Positions 42,976-51,711 are shown, counted from the stretch's first letter. The stretch: 62,420 nt of DNA from Saprospiraceae bacterium (GCA_046155725.1 JBJXFT010000322.1:1-62420); one strand, 5' to 3'. Notes: generated by a model from the sequence alone, not told the origin. A program made the numbers and translations.

Positions 42976-45564
42976 TCATGCTGCGCTCAAAATTTTCACC
43001 TCTCCGGTGCTGCCATCCATCTCCACCCAATCGCCTGTTTGCAAACGCTGGAGCAGCCCCGAAATGCCTACGATGCAGGGCTTGCCCATTTCGCGCGAAA
43101 CAATGGCCGAGTGGCTGAGCAGGCTCCCTTTTTCTACCAAAATCGCGCCTGCAGTGGGGAACAAAGTCACCCAGCCAGGGTCGGTGTTTGAGGTGACCAG
43201 AATGTCCCCATTGAGGTCGCTGACTTCCGAAGGATGGCGGACCACCCGGACTTGGGCGCGGACTTTTCCAGGACAGCAGCCCAAGCCCCGGAGCGTGTCG
43301 GCGGCTGAAATGTCGGCCTTTGGGTTGCGATCGAGCCTGAAATCATTGCCCGCATACACAATCCCCGAGGTGGCGAAACGCTCCGCAGGCGGCGGCGATT
43401 TTTCCCATTGGGCGTATTGATTTTTGCGCAGCGCGACCAAATCCCGCAGATTCCCATTCACGCTCGTGCCTTTGATGTGGTCGAAAATCTCCGCCTGCGT
43501 GAGGAAAAAAATATCCCTCGCATCGCCCAGAATGCCGCGCTCCTGAAACCGCATCCCCAGTGCGCAGAAGATTTCGCGCACCGTGCCGTAGCCCCTCGTG
43601 CGGGCGTAGCGCAGGTTTTCGCGCCCGCTCACCAATACACGGGTGTTCTTCAAAACATGGTTGAAAATCAATCGGCGGAGCGGCTGGCCGCGCAGTTTTT
43701 CGCGCACGACTTGCTCGGCTTTCTCCCGCATATCCAAGTCAATGCGGCTCTTTTGATTCTGGATTCCCTGCCGGACGTAGGATTGTATGACGTGCATGAA
43801 CAAGGCCGGCTGCTGCCGATAAGTGATGGTTTCCAACTTGAGTTCGCCGACGCATCGGTTGCCCCAGCGTTCGAGGTAGGTTTCGATTTGAGCCTGAATG
43901 GGCGCGGGGAATTGCCCTTGGCGATAGGTTTCCGCAAGTACCTCGGCGGTTTTTTCTACAAACAATTGCTTCGTGGCAGGCTCCTTTTGGATGTCGGCAG
44001 CCAACTGGAGGCAACGGTGAATAGGCTCGGTGGAAACGATGTCGCGCGCGCCGCAGAGCAGGTCGTTGTGCAAAGTGCCGCCCTCGTCCAGCCGGTATTT
44101 GACAGTCAATTTTTGCAGCACGCCAAAGTAAATCATCGTAAAAAAGTCGTTGACCAAGGGGGCGTTCCACTTTTTCAGCACCGTTTGTTCGTAGCGGAGG
44201 TACAGCGCGGCGAGTTCCTCGGCAGTCTTTTTGGTGAAATCAAGTACGCCGTATTCCTGCATGACCGCCTCAAAGCCGGCCTCAAAATCACGGCGCATTT
44301 TGGGCAATGCCCACAAATTGCCCAGCATGGTGCGGACAAGGTTGAGCACGCGCAGCCGCTCCGTCCATCTGCCTCTTTGCGGCAAATCCTTTAGTTCAAA
44401 ACGTTCTTTCACGCCCATCATCCGCTCCATGAACGCCGCGTTGAGGCCAAAGCCAGGGAGCACGGCGAGGGCTTTGTACCAATGGAGCAGGTTGTAATAA
44501 ACGCGGCCTTCTATCAGCCCCAGCATATTGGCCAGCACCTCGCGGTTTTGCTCGATTTCGCGCGGCGAAACGCCCATCATCCCCATCATTTGGCGGTATG
44601 CGCCTTCGTACATTTTGATGATGAACGAAAACGTGAGCGGCGAAGTCAGCCCCGGATATGACTCTACGATGTTGGAATTGTCCCACACGAACTCCGAAAC
44701 TCGACCTTCGAGCGCGGGCTGTGCTGTACCAATGGTGGTGATGGGGCGCGTCTGAAGGAGGTACAATTGTCCGCCCGCGAGGGCAAATTCCACATCTTGT
44801 GGGTGGTGGTAGTGCTGGTTCAGTTGGTCTAATGCGCTTGCGATTTCCCGGATTTGCGCTTCGCCGAGGCAAGGCGCTGTTTGCAGGTTTTCAGGCACTT
44901 CGGTCAAGGTCGTTCCGCCCAAACCGCTTGGGTCGGGCATCATTTTCTGGTCTTTGCGGGCCAATTGACTGATGATGTTGCCCTTCGCGTCTACCGTGAA
45001 AGTGTCGGCATCCAATAGCCCGCCGACCAAGCCTTCGCCCAAACCGTACACCGCGCTCAGCACTTTTTCTTGGAGATTGCCGCTCACCGGGTGTGCCCCA
45101 AAAGCGACCCCAGAAACCTCGGGCAACAGCATTTGCTGCACGATGACCGCGATGGCCGCGTCGCTTTCCAAACCTTGTTCCTTGCGGTACGCCCGCACCC
45201 GCTCGTTCTGGGCGGAAGCCCGCACGTCGGCGATTTTTTCGGTCAGTTTTTCTGGAAAAACATTCAGGTGGGTTTCAAACTGGCCTGCAAAAGAATGCTG
45301 CTTGCCATCTTCCGCCACGGCGGAGGAGCGCACGGCATACCGGTGTTCGCCCGCCGGCAGGGCTTTGAAATGTTGGAGGATTGCTGCGCTGATTTCATTT
45401 AACTGGGCATCGTCGGCACCGCTCAAATGGTCCCAAGGAATGACCACAAAGGGCGGCACCCGAAAGCCCAAGGATTGGAGAACGAACAGGTTTTCGGCCT
45501 TGCCGCCGCATTGGTAAGCGGGGGAGGGGGAGCTTAGAAAAGGGAGGGCTTGATTTCTGCTCAT
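42976..45564 (-). CDS. PEP/pyruvate-binding (ATP-grasp) plus PEP-utilising swivel-His domain phosphotransferase (PpsA-like / rifampin-phosphotransferase-like architecture)
   Basis: 862 aa. N-terminal CGGKAENLFVLQSLGFRVPPFVV. C-terminal DILVTSNTDPGWVTLFPTAGAILVEKGSLLSHSAIVSREMGKPCIVG carries the phospho-His motif. Confidence 0.7.
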   Translation of the reverse strand: MSRNQALPFLSSPSPAYQCGGKAENLFVLQSLGFRVPPFVVIPWDHLSGADDAQLNEISAAILQHFKALPAGEHRYAVRSSAVAEDGKQHSFAGQFETHLNVFPEKLTEKIADVRASAQNERVRAYRKEQGLESDAAIAVIVQQMLLPEVSGVAFGAHPVSGNLQEKVLSAVYGLGEGLVGGLLDADTFTVDAKGNIISQLARKDQKMMPDPSGLGGTTLTEVPENLQTAPCLGEAQIREIASALDQLNQHYHHPQDVEFALAGGQLYLLQTRPITTIGTAQPALEGRVSEFVWDNSNIVESYPGLTSPLTFSFIIKMYEGAYRQMMGMMGVSPREIEQNREVLANMLGLIEGRVYYNLLHWYKALAVLPGFGLNAAFMERMMGVKERFELKDLPQRGRWTERLRVLNLVRTMLGNLWALPKMRRDFEAGFEAVMQEYGVLDFTKKTAEELAALYLRYEQTVLKKWNAPLVNDFFTMIYFGVLQKLTVKYRLDEGGTLHNDLLCGARDIVSTEPIHRCLQLAADIQKEPATKQLFVEKTAEVLAETYRQGQFPAPIQAQIETYLERWGNRCVGELKLETITYRQQPALFMHVIQSYVRQGIQNQKSRIDLDMREKAEQVVREKLRGQPLRRLIFNHVLKNTRVLVSGRENLRYARTRGYGTVREIFCALGMRFQERGILGDARDIFFLTQAEIFDHIKGTSVNGNLRDLVALRKNQYAQWEKSPPPAERFATSGIVYAGNDFRLDRNPKADISAADTLRGLGCCPGKVRAQVRVVRHPSEVSDLNGDILVTSNTDPGWVTLFPTAGAILVEKGSLLSHSAIVSREMGKPCIVGISGLLQRLQTGDWVEMDGSTGEVKILSAA

Positions 45565-45585
45565 ACGCTGTAAACACGGTTGGTT

Positions 45586-45743
45586 TTTAAAACACTAAGG
45601 GAGTAAGGGACACTAAGGCTGATAGGGGTCGAGAGGGGTTTTTAAAACACTAAGGGAGTAGGTTTGGCCTTCAATGTCAAATCCTTCCCAACCCCTCTCG
45701 ACCCCTATCAGCCTTAGTGTCCCTTAGTTTCTTAGTGTTTTAT
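45586..45743. repeat. Large compound palindrome (MITE-like) between the UbiA stop and the PEP-enzyme start
   Basis: A perfect 36-bp inverted repeat, 45604-45639 / 45691-45726. Outer arms aaaacactaag / cttagtgtttt. An internal direct duplicate of ttttaaaacactaagggagta. Confidence 0.85.
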
Positions 45744-45765
45744 CATTTGTATCGCGGTGCGAAAA

Positions 45766-46677
45766 TCACCGAAACAACATCGGGATTCCGCCCAAAGTCA
45801 GGTACATGGCAATGGTCCAAAAGGCCGAAGCGTACTCGATGAACTTGGCTTTTTTGGGGGTTTGGTCTGACAAGAACAAAATGCCCTGTGCGCCGCAAAG
45901 GATGAAAATCCCGATCAAAACGCCCGCTCCGACCCAGCCAAAACCTGCGTACCAAGCAGCGGCGCAGGCCGCCAACAGCGTGGCAAAAAGCACCCACAGC
46001 CAAAGCCGCGTGGCTTTCCCGGCGCCCATCATGGTCGAGTAGGTGTTGAATTCTTCGTTTTCGGGGGTTCGGATTTTGCGCCCGATTTCGAGGACGATGC
46101 CGTTCAGGAAGGAAACCAAGAAGAAAAACACCAGGCCGAAAGGTGGGTTTGCGCCCGACAGGTGCCAGTCCAAACCGCTCGCGTACACATCCACCAAGGG
46201 GATGATGACCATGTGCGAGGTGACGTACCAGAAAGGCCGCGCTTTCAGCCATTCGACCGCGAAGAACTCCTTGCCCATCAGACACAAATAGCCGACGACC
46301 ATGAAATAGAAGGGCAACATCTGGGGGAACAGCCAGCATTGCACGGCGAGTTGGAGCAGCACGGCCATGATGCCCACATTCCGCAATTCTCCCAAAGTCA
46401 CCAAGCCCCTCGGCACGGGCAGATGGGGCCGGTGTTGCAAATCGTCTTCGCGGTCTTTGAACTCGTCAAAAATCCGGACCAGCAAAAAAAGGCTGATGGT
46501 GATAAAAATGCCCCCCCCAAATACCTGCCACGGCACAAAACCTTCCGCGCCCCGACTTATGATAGAATAGGAAATGGCCGAAAAACTGAACGCCGCCACC
46601 AAAGGCCCATGCCCGAATATCGGGAAACGCTCCGCTTGGTATTGCCAAAGGCGGCTGGCTAAATTTTGCTTTTTCAT
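45766..46677 (-). CDS. UbiA-family prenyltransferase (putative)
   Basis: Start at MKKQNLASRLW (ATG at 46677). About 8 TM segments. Asp-rich motif RIFDEFKDREDDLQHRP. Confidence 0.6.
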   Translation of the reverse strand: MKKQNLASRLWQYQAERFPIFGHGPLVAAFSFSAISYSIISRGAEGFVPWQVFGGGIFITISLFLLVRIFDEFKDREDDLQHRPHLPVPRGLVTLGELRNVGIMAVLLQLAVQCWLFPQMLPFYFMVVGYLCLMGKEFFAVEWLKARPFWYVTSHMVIIPLVDVYASGLDWHLSGANPPFGLVFFFLVSFLNGIVLEIGRKIRTPENEEFNTYSTMMGAGKATRLWLWVLFATLLAACAAAWYAGFGWVGAGVLIGIFILCGAQGILFLSDQTPKKAKFIEYASAFWTIAMYLTLGGIPMLFR

Positions 46678-47936
46678 CTTTTGCGACCGAATTTGTGGTG
46701 GGCTGCGCTGAAATGCCCGGCGGAAAGTGCCGCCGCAATGGAAATCTCGCCGGCCAATGCAACGGCTGCGCACACTTCGGCAAACTTCCGAGCATGGCCG
46801 GCTCCGTAGCAGCCCATCATCTCGAGGCATTCGCGCTGGGTGGGGAGGCTGGTGCCGCCGCCCACTGTGCCGACGATGAGGTTGGGAAGCGTGAGCGCGG
46901 CGTACAGCCCGCCGGTTTCATTCATCTCCATACGGGTGATGCCGACGGCGGCTTCTGCGGTGCAAGCCGCGTCTTGCCCGGTGGCGATGAACAAGGCGCA
47001 AAGCCCATTGGCGACGTGCCCTTGTGCGCCGATGGCTCCGCTCTGGATGACGCCGCAGGTGGACGAAAGCCAATAATGCGCCATGGCTTCGGGCGTGGTG
47101 CGCAGCATTTTTTCAACAATTTTCCTTGATAAATCCACCTCGGCGGTCACTTTTTTGCCCCGCACATTGGAGAAAGACAAGGCCGTTGCTTTTTTGTCGC
47201 CAGAGTAATTGCTCTCGATAAACCAGAACTCGGGTTTCTGCGGCGCCTCGCGCACGATGTACTGGCAAATGGCATCCGTGCAGAGCGTGACCATGTTTTG
47301 CCCTGCGGCATCGCCCGTCAGATATTCAAACGTAAGGATGAGGTGGTTGGCCTCGATGGTCACTTTCAGGTCGCTCAGTTGGGCGAAGCGGCTGGTTTGG
47401 CCGATGATTTTTTGGAACTCCTCCTCTTGTTGGAGCACCCAAGTGAGGAACACCGACAAATCGGCGATGTGCTTGAATTTGAAAATCGGGCTGCGCTGCA
47501 CGCCCTCTGCCAAGCAGATGGACGTGATGCCCCCAGCCATGCGCGTCGCCCGTGCGCCCCGGTCGTAAGAAGCCACCAGCGCGCCTTCGGAAGTAGCCAT
47601 CGGGACATAGAAATCGCCGTTGGCCGCCGTGCCCAAAACATGGAGCGGGCCGATGACCCCCGTTGGTATCATGCTCATGCCAATATAGTTTTCGATGTTG
47701 CCATGCAGGTCGGGGATGCCCTCAAATTTCTTTTCCCCATTGAGGTACTGGAACCGATGTCCCTTTTCTTGCAGGAATGCCAACCGCTGGAGGGTCGTTT
47801 CCTCGTTGGTTTCGCCAATCGGGATGCGTTCTGGATCCAAGGGCGTTGAGCCTTTTGAACGGATGGCTTGAATCACACTGTCCGGAGTTTCGATCCGTTC
47901 AAAAAATCGGGCTGCTTTTTCGCTGGTTGTAGGCAT
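46674..47936 (-). CDS. Hydroxymethylglutaryl-CoA reductase (class I-like catalytic domain, soluble)
   Basis: Start at MPTTSEKAARFF (ATG at 47936). IENYIGMSMIPTGVIGPL, VPMATSEGALVASYDRG, VGTVGGGTSLPTQ. Its TGA overlaps the UbiA ATG (ATGA). Confidence 0.8.
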   Translation of the reverse strand: MPTTSEKAARFFERIETPDSVIQAIRSKGSTPLDPERIPIGETNEETTLQRLAFLQEKGHRFQYLNGEKKFEGIPDLHGNIENYIGMSMIPTGVIGPLHVLGTAANGDFYVPMATSEGALVASYDRGARATRMAGGITSICLAEGVQRSPIFKFKHIADLSVFLTWVLQQEEEFQKIIGQTSRFAQLSDLKVTIEANHLILTFEYLTGDAAGQNMVTLCTDAICQYIVREAPQKPEFWFIESNYSGDKKATALSFSNVRGKKVTAEVDLSRKIVEKMLRTTPEAMAHYWLSSTCGVIQSGAIGAQGHVANGLCALFIATGQDAACTAEAAVGITRMEMNETGGLYAALTLPNLIVGTVGGGTSLPTQRECLEMMGCYGAGHARKFAEVCAAVALAGEISIAAALSAGHFSAAHHKFGRKR

Positions 47937-48038
47937 GGTCGCTCGTTTGTACAAAGTTTTTTTAACAGGGCGCAAGATTGCAAAATGCCACGCCTTCTCT
48001 CCAAAAAACCTGACCTTTCGACCCCCAAGGGTGATCGC

Positions 48039-48070
48039 ATTCATAGTTCATCGTTTATAGTTCATCGTTC
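48039..48070 (+). repeat. GTTCATC-type heptamer array upstream of the DUF3109 ATG
   Basis: ATTCATA GTTCATC GTTTATA GTTCATC GTTC, followed by TGAAGCA and the ATG at 48078. Confidence 0.8.
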
Positions 48071-48077
48071 TGAAGCA

Positions 48078-48671
48078 ATGATTATCGTACAAGACAAACT
48101 CGTGAGCGACGACGTGGTGGAGCAGCAGTTCATCTGCAACCTCTCCGCTTGCAAAGGCGCGTGCTGCTGGGAAGGCGATTTCGGTGCGCCGTTGGAAAAG
48201 GAAGAACTCTCCATTTTGGAAGGCATTCAGGAAAAAGTGCGGCCATTCCTCAGCCCTGCTGGTATTGCGGCCATCGAAGCGCAAGGGGCGCACGTTTGGT
48301 TCGACGGCATGGGCGGTCCAGGTACGCCGCTCATCGAAGGCGGCCCTTGCGCGTACATGACCTACGACGCGCTCGGCATTGCCCAATGCGGCATCGAAAC
48401 GGCGTGGCGGGCGGGCGCGATTGATTTTCAAAAACCGATTTCCTGTCACCTGTACCCCGTGCGGGTGTCGAAGTTCGAGCACTTCGATTCGGAAGCCCTG
48501 AACTACGACCGTTGGCACATCTGCTCCGCCGCCTGCACCTTGGGAGAGAAGGAGCAAGTGCCTGTTTACCAATTCGTAAAAGCCGCGATTGTCAGGAAAT
48601 ACGGTCAGGAATTCTACGACGAGCTGGACGGGGCGGCGCAGTTTATGAGAGAGGAAAAAGTATCAAGTTGA
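48078..48671 (+). CDS. DUF3109-family Cys-rich protein
   Basis: MIIVQDKLVSDDVVEQQFICNLSACKGACCWEGDFGAPL is typical of DUF3109. Confidence 0.65.
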   Translation: MIIVQDKLVSDDVVEQQFICNLSACKGACCWEGDFGAPLEKEELSILEGIQEKVRPFLSPAGIAAIEAQGAHVWFDGMGGPGTPLIEGGPCAYMTYDALGIAQCGIETAWRAGAIDFQKPISCHLYPVRVSKFEHFDSEALNYDRWHICSAACTLGEKEQVPVYQFVKAAIVRKYGQEFYDELDGAAQFMREEKVSS

Positions 48672-48672
48672 A

Positions 48673-48750
48673 AGTTTCAAGTGGCAAGTTTCAAGTCCCA
48701 AGAGCAGCGCCCACTTGAAACTTGGGACTTGAAACTTGCCACTTGAAACT
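48673..48750. terminator. 30-bp-stem hairpin built from CAAGTTTCAAGT units, between convergent genes
   Basis: agtttcaagtggcaagtttcaagtcccaag (48673-48702) is the exact reverse complement of cttgggacttgaaacttgccacttgaaact (48721-48750). Confidence 0.7.
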
Positions 48751-48766
48751 TGCCACTCTTAAATCT

Positions 48767-49720
48767 CTATTTCTTCAGCCCAATTTCCCGCAGCCGCTCG
48801 TCCAGGTATTCCCCTGCGGTAATCGGTTCGTATTGCAGCGGATTGTTGGGCGTCACGCAAGAATCGAGACAAGTCAAGTCCATGCTGCTCACCGGGTGCA
48901 AGAAAAATGGGATGCTCAGGCGCGGCAAATGCCATTCTTCGCGGGGCGGGTTCACCACACGGTGGGTGGTGCTTTTGAGGTAATTGTTGGTGAGCCGCTG
49001 GAGCATGTCGCCCACGTTGATGACGATTTCGTCGGCCTCCGGCATGATGGCAACCCACTGATTGTCAGATTTCAAAAGTTGCAAACCGCCTGCGCTCGCA
49101 CCCACAAGCAAAGTGATGAGGTTGATGTCTTCGTGCTGCTCGGCGCGGATGGCGCTGGCTGGCTCCTCCATGATGGGCGGGTAATGGATGCTGCGGAGGA
49201 TGGAGTTTCCGTGAATGATTTGCTTCTGGAAATAATCCGTCGGCAAGCTGAGGTGAATGGCAATGGCTTCCAAAAGTTGGCCACCCGCTTTTTCAAAAGC
49301 GCGGTAGAGTTCGTGACCAAGTTTGGGCATTTCAGCCACCTCGTCCACCTGCACATTGTCGGGGTATTGCGCCTTCAAAGGATGCCCAGCCGGCACTTCT
49401 TGGCCGATTTGGAAAAACTCTTTGAGGTCGGCCACCTTGGATTGCTTGGCGTGTTCCTTGCCAAACGACGTGTAGCCACGCTGACCGGCCAGCCCCGCCA
49501 CTTCGTATCGGCGTTTTGCTGCTTCGGGCAGACCGAAAAACGCTTTGGAAGAGGCGTAAAAATCGTCCACGAGCGATTTGGGAATGCCGTGGTTGACGAC
49601 GGCGACAAAGCCAACCTCGTGGAAAGCCGTGCCGAGTTGGCGGACGAATGCCTCTTTTTCGGCGGCGTTGCCGTGCACGAATTGCGAGAGGTCAACAGTA
49701 GGGATGCCTTTTTCTTTCAT
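48767..49720 (-). CDS. 2-oxoglutarate/Fe(II)-dependent oxygenase (isopenicillin N synthase family)
   Basis: IPTVDLSQF...FHEVGFVAVVNHGIP... at the N-terminus and ...EQHEDINLITLL...STTHRVVNP at the C-terminus. ATG at 49720 (the ORF-track start at 49726 is a TTG). Confidence 0.75.
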   Translation of the reverse strand: MKEKGIPTVDLSQFVHGNAAEKEAFVRQLGTAFHEVGFVAVVNHGIPKSLVDDFYASSKAFFGLPEAAKRRYEVAGLAGQRGYTSFGKEHAKQSKVADLKEFFQIGQEVPAGHPLKAQYPDNVQVDEVAEMPKLGHELYRAFEKAGGQLLEAIAIHLSLPTDYFQKQIIHGNSILRSIHYPPIMEEPASAIRAEQHEDINLITLLVGASAGGLQLLKSDNQWVAIMPEADEIVINVGDMLQRLTNNYLKSTTHRVVNPPREEWHLPRLSIPFFLHPVSSMDLTCLDSCVTPNNPLQYEPITAGEYLDERLREIGLKK

Positions 49721-49892
49721 AGTCAATGTTGATTTGTGGATTTGTCACGCGGAGCGTGATGGCGCGTTCGCGCTCATTGAAATTAGGGATTTTGTTTGGA
49801 CTGGGCAAAATTCCGAAATTTCTGGAGAATCTGCACAGATTGGTAAGGTGTACATTTGCTCTGCGGTTTGCTCTGCCGTTTTGAGAAAATCG

Positions 49893-49900
49893 TACTTTTG
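49893..49900 (+). promoter_or_regulatory. Candidate -7 box (TACTTTTG) for the second DUF433 module
   Basis: Matches TAnnTTTG. 15 nt lie between it and the ATG at 49916. Confidence 0.35.
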
Positions 49901-49915
49901 TCAAAAAAAACAGCC

Positions 49916-50248
49916 ATGTCCACAGCACTCCAAACAGCAGAAGCCCTGCTCCCACAGATGTCGCCAAGCGAGAAAGCTCAGCTCTTGCAATGGGTGGTCA
50001 GCGACTTGGGCGGCGTGTTTCCCGGCATTGAAAAAACACCCAATGTCTGTGGTGGTGATGCCCGTATTGCTCGCACCCGCATCCCGGTATGGCTGCTTGT
50101 TCGACAGCGGCAGTTGGGCATCGGCGAAGACCAAATCCTGTACGGCTACCCGACCCTACGCGCCGAAGACTTGGGCAATGCTTGGAACTACTATCGCTCA
50201 CATAAAGCAGAAATCGAGTCGCAAATCATTGAAAACGAGGAGGCATAA
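49916..50248 (+). CDS. DUF433 domain protein (putative antitoxin), second copy
   Basis: ...NVCGGDARIARTRIPVWLLVRQRQLGIGEDQILYGYPTLRAEDLGNAWNYY is a DUF433 core with an N-terminal extension. Confidence 0.7.
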   Translation: MSTALQTAEALLPQMSPSEKAQLLQWVVSDLGGVFPGIEKTPNVCGGDARIARTRIPVWLLVRQRQLGIGEDQILYGYPTLRAEDLGNAWNYYRSHKAEIESQIIENEEA

Positions 50249-50251
50249 TCC

Positions 50252-50440
50252 TTGCTCACCTTCAATCGCCGACATTTCATCCGCTTGCATCGGCTAAGTC
50301 CTATTCATCCCGGCATCATTGCTTGCACTGAAGACAGCGACCATCAAGCGCTCGCTCAGCGCATCCACGATGCCGTGTTGGTTCTCGATGGAAATCTTGA
50401 AAATCAATTGGTTCGCGTCAACCGACCAAACCTGACCTGA
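50252..50440 (+). pseudogene. N-terminally truncated DUF5615 PIN-like toxin remnant
   Basis: Only LLTFNRRHFIRLH...HPGIIACTEDSD... remains, equivalent to the C-terminal half of the 117-aa protein at 6719-7072. There is no ATG (TTG in the ORF track). It starts 3 nt after the DUF433 stop. Confidence 0.6.
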
Positions 50441-50457
50441 CAAAGCAAATCTTTCCT

Positions 50458-51660
50458 ATGCGCAAACTCCTACCCTTCCTCCTGCTCCTCACCCTCCAAA
50501 CCGCCTACTCCCAATCCTTCAAAGTCGTCGGCTATTTGCCCTACTACCGCTTCAGTTGGCTGAACGACATCGAGTTCGAGCGGCTCACCCACGTGAACAT
50601 CGCCTTCGCCAACCCTGATATGCAGGGCAATCTTTCCGTGGAGGGCGAAGACATCGCTCCTGCCGTCAGCAAAGCGCATCAACATGGCTGCAAAGTGTTC
50701 ATTTCGCTGGCTGGCGGATACCTCACACCCACGCACGAAGCCAATTGGAACAACCTCTGTTTACCCGCCAATCGCCCCGCTTTTATCCAAAAAATAGTGC
50801 AGTACGTACAGGCAAACAACCTCGATGGAGTGGACATTGACTTGGAATGGCAGTATGTGCAAACTTGGTACAGCCCTTTCGTGCTCGAACTGAAAGCCGC
50901 GCTCGCCCCGCTCGGCATACCGCTCACGGCGGCCTTGCCCGGCTCTTACCGCTACCCACAGATTACCGCTCCGTGTTTGGCCGCCTATGATTGGGTCAAT
51001 ATGATGGTCTATGACCTCCGTGGCCCTTGGGACCCCACCAATCCCGGCCAGCATTCGCCCTACGATTGGGCAGAGGATTGCATTGACTATTGGCAAAGCC
51101 AAGGCGTTCCAGCGCAAAAACTGACGCTCGGCGTTCCGTTCTACGGCTACGATTTTGGCGTTGACCCCGTGGCCTCTTTCAACTTTCGCGGCATCGTCAA
51201 CCAAGACCCGGCCAACGCCTACCTCGACAATTTTTTGGGAAAATGGTGGAACGGAATCCCGACCATCCAAGCAAAAACCGAACTCGCCCTGGACGAAGTG
51301 GCGGGCATCATGATTTGGGAAATCGGGCAAGATGCTTTTGGCGCGGACATTCAGTATTCGCTGCTCCGCGCCATTGACGAGGTAGTAGACGCTGCCTCGG
51401 TCGGCATTTCGGAAGCCAATCCGCTCGCTTTGCGGGTCTATCCCAACCCCGTGCGGGAGCGGATTTTTATCCAATTGCCTGAAAGTTCGGCCTACCGTTT
51501 GGTCATCTCCGATATGCGCGGCAGGCTGATGCTGGAGCAATCCATGGTCGGCGACGAGCCGACGGAAGTGAATGTGCAGGATTTCCCGGCAGGGATGTAC
51601 GCCATTTCGGCTTATTCAGCAGCGGGCGTGCGGACGGGGAAGTTTGTGAAAGCGCAGTAG
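50458..51660 (+). CDS. Glycoside hydrolase family 18 (chitinase-like) with T9SS C-terminal sorting domain
   Basis: Signal peptide. Catalytic DGVDIDLEW (DxxDxDxE). C-terminus VYPNPVRERIFIQL...GMYAISAY is T9SS-CTD-like. Confidence 0.85.
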   Translation: MRKLLPFLLLLTLQTAYSQSFKVVGYLPYYRFSWLNDIEFERLTHVNIAFANPDMQGNLSVEGEDIAPAVSKAHQHGCKVFISLAGGYLTPTHEANWNNLCLPANRPAFIQKIVQYVQANNLDGVDIDLEWQYVQTWYSPFVLELKAALAPLGIPLTAALPGSYRYPQITAPCLAAYDWVNMMVYDLRGPWDPTNPGQHSPYDWAEDCIDYWQSQGVPAQKLTLGVPFYGYDFGVDPVASFNFRGIVNQDPANAYLDNFLGKWWNGIPTIQAKTELALDEVAGIMIWEIGQDAFGADIQYSLLRAIDEVVDAASVGISEANPLALRVYPNPVRERIFIQLPESSAYRLVISDMRGRLMLEQSMVGDEPTEVNVQDFPAGMYAISAYSAAGVRTGKFVKAQ

Positions 51661-51668
51661 AACACGTC

Positions 51669-51702
51669 ACGTTTACTAAACTTCTAAAAGTTTAGTAAAC
51701 GT
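51669..51702. terminator. Perfect 13-bp hairpin between convergent GH18 and tyrS genes
   Basis: acgtttactaaac (51669-51681) / gtttagtaaacgt (51690-51702). Same arm sequence as 22585-22624. Confidence 0.6.
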
Positions 51703-51711
51703 AGGCAAAAC

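Noticed and set aside
42976-47936. Treating HMGR, UbiA and the PEP-utilising enzyme as one three-gene operon or biosynthetic cluster.
   Set aside because: HMGR and UbiA are clearly coupled (ATGA). A 36-bp-stem palindrome in the 200-bp gap before the PEP-utilising gene argues against obligatory co-transcription, so I report them separately.
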